A program made the translations under genes and the position numbers. From positions 5,634-50,646 of the forward strand of contig DAMX01000033.1 of assembly GCA_002497195.1 (NCBI GenBank): a stretch of 45,013 bases of DNA. Direction: 5' to 3'. Positions 37,680 through 45,013 of the stretch are shown here, piece after piece (the first letter of the stretch is position 1; every line of letters starts with the position of its first letter). This stretch comes from Methanomassiliicoccaceae archaeon UBA354 (GTDB lineage Archaea; Thermoplasmatota; Thermoplasmata; Methanomassiliicoccales; Methanomethylophilaceae). The notes beneath the pieces are model-generated. The model was not told the origin of the DNA and made no database searches. It saw only the letters and a list, made by a program, of their open reading frames with translations.

Positions 37680-38421
37680 ATTCCCTCACCAATCTGGGAT
37701 ACACGGCATCCGCCACCCTTTTGAGATTGACGGTGTCGGCCCTGTTGTATTCGGTGAGCCTTTCCAGGGAATCGGCGTCACCGCGGCCGCACCAGCGCTT
37801 CCAGAGACGTACCGCTTCGAAACCGTCCACGCCCTGTATGCCCTCGTCCCTGGATATTCCGATCTCGGCCTCCAGGTTCTTCAGCCCTCCCCTGTATCCG
37901 ACCTTCCGGGAGGCGAACCTAAGGTCCAGGTGCGGCAGTGTCAGGTCCAGTGCCGGAAAGCTTTCCCTCAGCACCGGGAGGTCGAAGCAGCTGCCGTTGA
38001 AGGTCACGAGCATCGACGCGCCGTCCAACGCATCGGATATGGCGCCGTCATCGAGGCCCCTGCCGCGGACCAGCGTGACGGTGTCTTTGACGGTATGCAC
38101 CGTCACCACGGTAACGAGCGAATCCCTCTCCAGCCCGTCAGTCTCTATGTCGAGGTATGCGGCCCTGTCCCCGAACTCTCCGAAAAGGCGCCACTGTTCG
38201 GATTTCGGGAGGAGGCCGTTCAGTCCGGCCGCGTCGCCGTCATCCAAGAGCTCGCTCGCTTTCGAAATGGCCAGGTCGCATTCTTTCTTCCTGTAGTCAG
38301 GCACAGCGCATACGCTTCGGGAGGCCAGGAAATCGTCCCAGTCGCGGACCCCCGATTCCCATATGTATCTCTCCTTCTTTGTTCCGACGGAAGGGGCGAT
38401 CCGGAAGGTGTGCCTTATCAT
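37660..38421 (-). CDS. YprB/RNase_H_2-family DEDD-like exonuclease
   Basis: YLDIETDG, TFNGSCFDLP, GGLKNLE, YNRADT; start ATG 38421. Confidence 0.88.
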   Translation of the reverse strand: MIRHTFRIAPSVGTKKERYIWESGVRDWDDFLASRSVCAVPDYRKKECDLAISKASELLDDGDAAGLNGLLPKSEQWRLFGEFGDRAAYLDIETDGLERDSLVTVVTVHTVKDTVTLVRGRGLDDGAISDALDGASMLVTFNGSCFDLPVLRESFPALDLTLPHLDLRFASRKVGYRGGLKNLEAEIGISRDEGIQGVDGFEAVRLWKRWCGRGDADSLERLTEYNRADTVNLKRVADAVYPRLVREYAGYIW

Positions 38422-38498
38422 CGCCGGTCTATATCGGAACCACTCAAAAAAACCTTGCATGCGTTCAATTAATACGCCGGGAAGGCATCGAGACATCC

Positions 38499-39221
38499 AT
38501 GCGGACGCTCGAGGTCCTTCCCGACGTTAAGATCACCAGCGACAGGTGCGTGCTCCTGGACAAGGGCCGTACCGCGGTCATAGGGGACCTGCACCTGGGT
38601 TACGAGAAGGCCCTCGAAGAGGAAGGGATCTACCTCCCCCGCATAAACACCGGCACGATAAGGGACTCCCTTAACCGCATAATCGGACGTTACGAGCCCG
38701 AAAGGGTGGTGCTCCTCGGAGATATAAAACATGATTTCAAGCGTTCTGAGCGCGGGGCGTCGTCCGAAGTCCTGGATATACTCGATCTTCTCAGCGAGGC
38801 CGTGGAGACGCTGGTCATAAAAGGCAACCACGACAACTACATACAAAACATACTGGCGAGCAGGAACATGGTCGCCGAAGACGGCATTGAGGTCGCAGGC
38901 TACAGGCTGGAGCACGGACACGTCGATTCCGGGGCACGCCCGGTGATAATCGGTCACGAGCACCCTTCGGTCAGGATCCCGGGTTCGGGGTCGGGAGGGA
39001 CCAAGATACACTGTTTCGTCCTGGCCAGGAAAGAAGGGGTTCTCGTCCTGCCTCCTTTCAGCCCTTTCTCGATGGGCAGCGACCTGCTGTCCGAGGGTTC
39101 GTCCATGGCTCCCGCATTGCGCGGATGTGATATAGGCAATGCGGAGATCTACGGAGTGTCGGATCTCGGGATAATGGAGCTGGGCAAGCTTTCCGGACTG
39201 GAAGATATGGAACTGGGATGA
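38499..39221 (+). CDS. Calcineurin-like metallophosphoesterase
   Basis: GDLHLG, GDIKH, KGNHD, HGH, GHEHP; start ATG 38499. Confidence 0.9.
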   Translation: MRTLEVLPDVKITSDRCVLLDKGRTAVIGDLHLGYEKALEEEGIYLPRINTGTIRDSLNRIIGRYEPERVVLLGDIKHDFKRSERGASSEVLDILDLLSEAVETLVIKGNHDNYIQNILASRNMVAEDGIEVAGYRLEHGHVDSGARPVIIGHEHPSVRIPGSGSGGTKIHCFVLARKEGVLVLPPFSPFSMGSDLLSEGSSMAPALRGCDIGNAEIYGVSDLGIMELGKLSGLEDMELG

Positions 39222-39297
39222 GGTTTCGGTCTCCCAAACTCATTTCCCCTGAACGTTAAATAATAGTAGGTTATTCTTACCGCAGGAGAAATAATCT

Positions 39298-40329
39298 ATG
39301 TCAATGACTCCAAGAGAAAGAGTGCTTGCAGCGATGAAACAGGAAGACCTCGACAGGCCTCCGGTAGCGATCTTCACACAGTCCGCCACGCTCGGACAGA
39401 TGGACAAGGTCGGAGCCGCATGGCCCGAGGCCCACAAGTCCGCTGAGCTTATGGCAAAACTGGGATCTGCGCAGGCCGATGTTTTCGGTTTCGAGTGCTG
39501 CAGGGCCCCCTTCTGCCTGACCGCAGAGGCCGAGAGGCTCGGATGCAACGTCGCCGTCGAGAAGAGGGACGCCGCACCGATGATCAAAAAACACCCCTAC
39601 CACTTCGACCCAATGACCGGCGAATACGACAGCCCCGACGGACTAATGTCCCCTGAGGAGTTCATCGCCGGCGGAAGGCCCGCCGAAGTCATCAAAGCCA
39701 TGGGCATCATGAAGAAGACCCACGGCGAAGACTACTGCATTGTTGCCGGAAACACCGGACCCTTCTCCCTGGCAGGCCACATGGTCAGCACCGAGAACCT
39801 CGTCTTCGGAATGATGATGGACCCCGAGCAGGTATCCAACTGGGTCAACGGGGTCACCCCCGTGTGCAAGGCATACTGCCAGGCGCTCATCGACGGAGGA
39901 GCAGACATCATTCAGATGTCCGAGCCCACCGCGTCCACCGACATGATCGCTCCTGACATGTTCCACGACGCATCCGGAAAGTTCGTCTCCGAGTCCCTCG
40001 CAGCGATAAAGGGCGGATACTCCGTTCTCCACATATGCGGAGACACCCTGCCCATCCTTGAGATGATGGTCAAGACCGGAGTCACCGGACTATCCATCGA
40101 GGAGAAGGTCGACCCCTTCAAAGCCGTCGAGCACGTCGGCGGAAAGACCGTACTCGTCGGAAACGTCGGGTCCGTCAAGCCCCTCTTCCAGGGAACCCCC
40201 GAAGAGGTCATCAAGGGAACCCAGGCTTCCGTCAAGGCGGGATTCAACGTCATCTCTTCCGGATGCGGTATCGCAACCGCGACCCCCGACGAAAACATGG
40301 CGGCCATGGTCAAAGCGGTCAAGGGATGA
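39298..40329 (+). CDS. mtaA: Methylcobamide:coenzyme M methyltransferase (MtaA/MtbA family)
   Basis: UROD fold, PFCLTAEAE.LG, zinc ligands LHICG and SGCG; substrate specificity (methanol vs methylamine) cannot be determined. Confidence 0.9.
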   Translation: MSMTPRERVLAAMKQEDLDRPPVAIFTQSATLGQMDKVGAAWPEAHKSAELMAKLGSAQADVFGFECCRAPFCLTAEAERLGCNVAVEKRDAAPMIKKHPYHFDPMTGEYDSPDGLMSPEEFIAGGRPAEVIKAMGIMKKTHGEDYCIVAGNTGPFSLAGHMVSTENLVFGMMMDPEQVSNWVNGVTPVCKAYCQALIDGGADIIQMSEPTASTDMIAPDMFHDASGKFVSESLAAIKGGYSVLHICGDTLPILEMMVKTGVTGLSIEEKVDPFKAVEHVGGKTVLVGNVGSVKPLFQGTPEEVIKGTQASVKAGFNVISSGCGIATATPDENMAAMVKAVKG

Positions 40330-40425
40330 GCCCGCCCGTAACCTGACTATCAAAACCACTTACTTTCTTTTCACTTCTTTTTCGCTCACACAACGTTTAT
40401 TACGTCGGGTTCCGCTACCTGAACC

Positions 40426-41136
40426 ATGTCTCATCTTCTTGTCGACAACTCAGTATATGCGTCGAAGATAAAATCCGTCTTGAAACTGAGGTACGAGCCT
40501 GTGGCCTTGAAGCTGGTGCCCGAGGGAGAGGAATTTCCGGGAGGATACAGGAAGCCGGAAGGCCAGATGTCCCATTGCCAGGCGGTCATGCGTGCCAGGA
40601 AAGGGGAGTGCATCACGATGAGGCTCGAGGACCACAGCTGTCACGTGGGCGCTTCGGCCCTCGGCATGTCGGAGACGCCCGAGAAGGTCGCAGACGGAAC
40701 GTTACATTTCAACATAGGGGCCTTCGATTCTCCCGAGGCGGCGGCGAAGATGATAGCAGACAGAAAGGTCCCGGAAGTCCGAATGGCGGGCGAGATCGTC
40801 TGCCCCCTCAAGGACGCAGACTTCGAGCCAGACGCGGTCATTCTGATCGATATGCCGGAGAGGCTGTACTGGATCGTACCGCTGGCCACCGCCGAAGAAG
40901 GAGGAAGGGTCGAATTCAGCACATCGGCGTTCCAGTGCGTATGCGAGGACGTAACGGCCTATCCGTTCGTCACCCGGAAGCCCAACCTGTCCCTGGGCTG
41001 CTTCGGTTGCCGCAAGAAGACCGATATGGCCGCCGACGAGCTGGCAGCCGGAATACCTTACGGGATGGTCCCCGGGTTCGCAGCCCGTCTGGGGAAATAC
41101 GAGACGGGCATGATGGCGAAGGCTAAACGCGATTAA
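40426..41136 (+). CDS. DUF169-family protein
   Basis: PVALKL, HCQAV, C..GA.ALG, PDAVI, CED, SLGCFGCR, DE...GIP. Confidence 0.85.
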   Translation: MSHLLVDNSVYASKIKSVLKLRYEPVALKLVPEGEEFPGGYRKPEGQMSHCQAVMRARKGECITMRLEDHSCHVGASALGMSETPEKVADGTLHFNIGAFDSPEAAAKMIADRKVPEVRMAGEIVCPLKDADFEPDAVILIDMPERLYWIVPLATAEEGGRVEFSTSAFQCVCEDVTAYPFVTRKPNLSLGCFGCRKKTDMAADELAAGIPYGMVPGFAARLGKYETGMMAKAKRD

Positions 41137-41150
41137 AACCCGAAATATCG

Positions 41151-41166
41151 GGCCGGAACGCCGGCC
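41151..41166 (+). terminator. Stem-loop downstream of DUF169
   Basis: GGCCGG-AACG-CCGGCC. Confidence 0.45.
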
Positions 41167-41238
41167 AAATTATTCCATTTAAATATCAGGTAACACTAAA
41201 ACAGCGCCAGGTACGCGCATTTTGCATTTTTTTGTCGT

Positions 41239-41334
41239 TTAAACAGTGTTTAAGGGTTGGCTTTATATTAGGATAACAGATTACGCGAACTGCAAGGGGA
41301 GCAGGACCCAATCCTGCAAAAATTGAACGGAGGT
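41239..41334 (+). promoter_or_regulatory. Putative mcr promoter/leader: palindrome, TATA box, leader hairpin, RBS
   Basis: TTAAACA-G-TGTTTAA (41239-41253), TTTATA (41262-41267), GCAGGA-CCCAA-TCCTGC (41301-41317), GGAGGT (41329-41334). Confidence 0.6.
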
Positions 41335-41339
41335 AAAAA

Positions 41340-42668
41340 ATGCCAAAATACGAGGACGTAATTGACTTGTATGACGACAACGGAAAACGCATCGCCAAAG
41401 ATATTCCGTTGGAAGCCATCAGTCCGTTGCGCAACAAAGCGATCCAGAAGATCGGAGACCTCACCAAGAGGACGTGCGCCGTCAATCTAGCCGGTATCGA
41501 GAAAGCTCTCAAGACCGGTTCGATGATGGGCATGACCATCAAGGGAAAAGAGATCGACATCCCCCTGGTCGCAAACGCTGAGAAGATCGCAGCCGCTGTC
41601 AAGGAAATGATTCAGGTAACCCCCGACGACGACACAATCGTCAAAGTGAAATCCGGAGGAAAGAGCATGATCGTCGTTCTCCCCAACGAGAGAGCGAACG
41701 TCGGTATCGAGTACACCACGGGATTCACTTCTACCGCCGCCGCGGTAACCGAGGCGATCATTGACGAGTTCAAGATCCCCATGTACAAGGCGAACATGGT
41801 GAAAGGGGCAGTATGGGGGAGATACCCTCAGACCGTCAACTTTTTAGGTTCCAACATAAAATCCATCCTCGAAGTTCCTCAGAACAACGAAGGTGCCGGA
41901 TACGCTCTCAGGAACATCATGTCCAACCACGTCGTCGCACTGGTCGGCAGGAACGCAATGCAGGGCACAGCTCTGTCCGCGATCTTCGAGCAGACCGCCG
42001 CATTTGAGATGGGCGACGCTGTGGGACCCTTCGAGAGAGGACACCTCCTCGGACTCGCATATGAGGGACTCAACGCCAACAACATGCTGTACTCCATAGT
42101 TAAGAAGAACGGAAAGACCGGAACCGTCGGAACCGTCATCGAATCCCTCATGGAGAGGGCCATCGACGACAAGGTCATCCGCGTGAAAGAGACCCTTCCG
42201 TCCGGATACAAGGTCTACACGACCGACGACCTCCCCCTCTGGAACGCATATGCGGCAGTCGGACAGGTCGCAGCGGTCATGGTGAACGTCGGAGCGGCAA
42301 GGGCCGCCCAGGGTGTTCCCTCAACGATCCTGTACTACAACGACCTGCTCGAGCACGAGACCGGACTCCCCGGTGTCGACTACGGAAGGTCGATGGGTGT
42401 TTGCGTCGGAATGTCGTTCTTCTCCCACTCCATCTACGGTGGAGGCGGACCCGGACTGTTCCACGGAAACCACGTTGTCACCAGGCACTCCAAGGGTGTT
42501 CTGATCCCCGCCGTTACAGCAGGAAACTGCCTTGACGGTGGAACGCAGACCTTCTCCGCAGAGGCCACGTCCGGAACCTTCAAAGAGGTCTTCGGAGACA
42601 TGGACGAATTCCGCCACCCCATTCAGGTCGTAGCGGCTGAGGCAAAGAAAATAAAGAAGAAGGTCTGA
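41340..42668 (+). CDS. mcrB: Methyl-coenzyme M reductase beta subunit
   Basis: [54 protein letters not shown]. Confidence 0.98.
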   Translation: MPKYEDVIDLYDDNGKRIAKDIPLEAISPLRNKAIQKIGDLTKRTCAVNLAGIEKALKTGSMMGMTIKGKEIDIPLVANAEKIAAAVKEMIQVTPDDDTIVKVKSGGKSMIVVLPNERANVGIEYTTGFTSTAAAVTEAIIDEFKIPMYKANMVKGAVWGRYPQTVNFLGSNIKSILEVPQNNEGAGYALRNIMSNHVVALVGRNAMQGTALSAIFEQTAAFEMGDAVGPFERGHLLGLAYEGLNANNMLYSIVKKNGKTGTVGTVIESLMERAIDDKVIRVKETLPSGYKVYTTDDLPLWNAYAAVGQVAAVMVNVGAARAAQGVPSTILYYNDLLEHETGLPGVDYGRSMGVCVGMSFFSHSIYGGGGPGLFHGNHVVTRHSKGVLIPAVTAGNCLDGGTQTFSAEATSGTFKEVFGDMDEFRHPIQVVAAEAKKIKKKV

Positions 42669-42674
42669 GCATAA

Positions 42675-43103
42675 ATGTCGAGCAATCCCCCAGCGGAATA
42701 TGCGGGCGTGCCCCTCCCTGAAGTGAGGATAACCACGAACCGCCTCCTGAGCGCGGAGACGACCGAAAAGGTCATAAACGGGTTCGAGGAGATCGAGCAC
42801 ATCAGACAGATCACCATGTCGGGCGAGAGCCTGCCTAGCAAGATCAACAGCGGACCCAACAAAGGGCTCGATAACAACCACACGCAACGCCGTTTCGTAA
42901 AGATCGGCGGAAAGGATGTGGAGCTGACCAAACTGGTCGGCTATTTCTTCATCGAGCTCGAAGTCGAGGACGACAAAGTGCTTGACGAGACCGTTGGAAA
43001 GATCAAGGCCGTATGCGATGCGCACATCGCGCACGGATTCAACCTTGAGATTGGAAGATACTCGAAATACAGACCTACTCTTAATGATTACAGAGGTGTT
43101 TAA
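42675..43103 (+). CDS. mcrD: MCR operon protein D
   Basis: RLLSAETTEK, GESLP..INSGP.KG, GRYSKYRPT; lies between mcrB and mcrG. Confidence 0.93.
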   Translation: MSSNPPAEYAGVPLPEVRITTNRLLSAETTEKVINGFEEIEHIRQITMSGESLPSKINSGPNKGLDNNHTQRRFVKIGGKDVELTKLVGYFFIELEVEDDKVLDETVGKIKAVCDAHIAHGFNLEIGRYSKYRPTLNDYRGV

Positions 43104-43105
43104 AT

Positions 43106-43879
43106 ATGGCATACAAAAGACAGTTCTACCCCGGAACCACAAGCCCTGCCGTCGCAAGGCGCAGATTGATGGACCCCAAAGTAAAACTGCAGAAACTTCG
43201 CGAGGTCCCCATCGAGGACGTCGTCAAGCTCATGGGACACCGCAACCCCGGAGAGGACTACAAATCCATCCACCCCCCCATCGAGGAGGGCTCCGAGCCG
43301 GACTGCCCCATAAGGAAACTGGTCACCCCCATAGACGGTGCCAAGCACGGAGACAGGATAAGGTATATCCAGTTCTCTGACTCCGTCTACTTCGCGCCCG
43401 TGTCCCCCTACCAGAGGGCATGGATGTACCTTTCCAGGTACAGAGGTATCGACACCGGTACCCTGTCCGGAAGGCAGATCATCGAAGTAAGGGAGAGGGA
43501 CCTTGAGAAAATGGCGAAAGAGTTCATCGAGAACGAGACCTTCGACGCCGCACTGACGGGAATCAGGGGTGCAACCGTTCACGGACACGCCTGCCGTCTC
43601 GACGAGAACGGACTCATGTTCGACGCATGGCAGAGGTACCTGTGGGACCCCAAGAAGAAAGAGGTCAAGTACGTGAAGGACCAGGTCGCGCTGCCCCTCG
43701 ACAAGGAGATCTTCGTCGGAGCCCCCGCATCGATGGAGGACCTCAGGAAGAGGACCACTATCTTCAGGGCCGACGGAGTCGACATGAGGGACGACAAAGA
43801 GGTCTCGAAATACCAGCACAGGATCCACAAGCTCAGGACACTGGGCGGATACCAGCCTTTCAAAGTGAAGGGGGTGTGA
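43106..43879 (+). CDS. mcrG: Methyl-coenzyme M reductase gamma subunit
   Basis: [51 protein letters not shown]. Confidence 0.98.
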   Translation: MAYKRQFYPGTTSPAVARRRLMDPKVKLQKLREVPIEDVVKLMGHRNPGEDYKSIHPPIEEGSEPDCPIRKLVTPIDGAKHGDRIRYIQFSDSVYFAPVSPYQRAWMYLSRYRGIDTGTLSGRQIIEVRERDLEKMAKEFIENETFDAALTGIRGATVHGHACRLDENGLMFDAWQRYLWDPKKKEVKYVKDQVALPLDKEIFVGAPASMEDLRKRTTIFRADGVDMRDDKEVSKYQHRIHKLRTLGGYQPFKVKGV

Positions 43880-43883
43880 ATCA

Positions 43884-45013
43884 ATGGCAACAAAAGAGAA
43901 AATGTTCATGGAGGCCGTCAAGAAGAAATTCAAAGAGGAGCCTACCGACACATCGACCAGCTACTACAAGTACGGCGGCTGGAAACAGTCTAAGAGCAAA
44001 GTGGAGTTCCAGGCGGCGGCTGAAAAGATCGCTAAAGACCGCGGATTCCCCATGATGAACGAGGACATAGGAGTCCCCCTCGGACAGAGGTCGTGGATGC
44101 CCTACCAGCTCTCGCACACGGACATCTTCGTCGAGCCCGACGACCTCCACTGCATAAACAACCCTGCGATCCAGCAGGCGTGGGACGACATAAGGAGGAC
44201 GATCCTTGTCGGTCTCGACTCTCCTCACCAGACCATCGAGAGAAGGCTTGGTAAAGAGGTCACGCCCGAGACCATCAACGCATACCTCGAGACGGTCAAC
44301 CACACCATGCCCGGAGGAGCAGTCGTTCAGGAGCACATGGCGGAGGTCAACCCCGCGCTGGTGTACGACTCGTACGTCAAAGTGTTCTCCGGAGACGACG
44401 AACTGGTGGACGAGCTCGACAAGAGATTCGTCATCGACATCAACAAGCTCTTCCCCGCCGAGCAGGCGAAGCAGCTGAAGGCAGCCGTAGGAAAGACCCT
44501 GATGCAGGCGGTCCGCGTACCCTCCATAGTAGGAAGGGTCATGGACGGAGCCACCACATCCAGGCACGCAGCGATGCAGATCTCGATGGCCTTCATCTCC
44601 TCCTACAAGCTGGCGGCAGGAGAGGCGGCGATCGCAGACTTCGCGTACTCCGCAAAGCACCAGTCGATCAACATGGGAACCATGATGCCCGCCAGGCGTG
44701 CAAGGGGACCCAACGAACCCGGAGGAATCCCGTTCGGATTCATGGCTGACATAACCCAGTCCGACCGTGTGTACCCCGACGACCCCGGACGCGCGGCACT
44801 TGAGTCCGTTGCGCTCGGTGCCATCGTCTACGACCAGATCTACCTCGGCGGATACATGTCCGGAGGAGTCGGATTCACCCAGTACGCTACTGCGGCATAC
44901 ACCGACAACATCCTCGAGGACTACGTTTACTACGGTATCGACCAGATCAACAAGAGGTATGGAGGATTCTGCAAGCTGGACCCCAACGACTACGACGAGC
45001 TCATGAACCTCGC
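43884..45013 (+). CDS. mcrA: Methyl-coenzyme M reductase alpha subunit, 5' part (runs off the window; not in ORF track)
   Basis: Manual translation [16 protein letters not shown]...PLGQR...DDLH..NN...[11 protein letters not shown]...[13 protein letters not shown]...[21 protein letters not shown]. Confidence 0.98.
   Translation, partial: MATKEKMFMEAVKKKFKEEPTDTSTSYYKYGGWKQSKSKVEFQAAAEKIAKDRGFPMMNEDIGVPLGQRSWMPYQLSHTDIFVEPDDLHCINNPAIQQAWDDIRRTILVGLDSPHQTIERRLGKEVTPETINAYLETVNHTMPGGAVVQEHMAEVNPALVYDSYVKVFSGDDELVDELDKRFVIDINKLFPAEQAKQLKAAVGKTLMQAVRVPSIVGRVMDGATTSRHAAMQISMAFISSYKLAAGEAAIADFAYSAKHQSINMGTMMPARRARGPNEPGGIPFGFMADITQSDRVYPDDPGRAALESVALGAIVYDQIYLGGYMSGGVGFTQYATAAYTDNILEDYVYYGIDQINKRYGGFCKLDPNDYDELMNL

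Noticed and set aside
1..45013. CRISPR arrays, IS elements, rRNA, pyl genes
   Set aside because: No repeat-spacer pattern, transposase, rRNA-like stretch or pylTSBCD seen in this window; the Pyl machinery would have to be elsewhere in the genome

Overview
Core-genome window of a methanogenic archaeon, most consistent with Methanomassiliicoccales. The evidence is an mcrBDGA operon lacking mcrC, an adjacent mtaA, mtxX, PolD and archaeal information genes. It holds about 47 CDS and one tRNA-His. Main blocks: rps11-rpoD, polC, a lipid cluster (tes-ferredoxin-ggr facing mvk), serS/yhbY/rnp4, an rpl10e-dph2-mtxX-queDCE run, an Fe-S assembly cluster (nifX-like, mrp, smsCB, isf), rtcB, argF, a nuclease cluster and mtaA-DUF169-mcrBDGA. 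No mobile elements or CRISPR were seen. The most notable signal is a single in-frame amber codon (TAG 21128-21130) inside an otherwise intact dph2, upstream of its third Fe-S ligand. By my manual check, none of the 46 genes whose 3' end lies in the window stops at TAG. This points to pyrrolysine read-through in a housekeeping gene and possibly TAG-to-Pyl recoding. Three genes missing from the ORF track were read directly from the DNA: the rps11 3' end, a 56-aa ferredoxin and the mcrA 5' part. All functional calls rest on motif recognition; no database searches were run.
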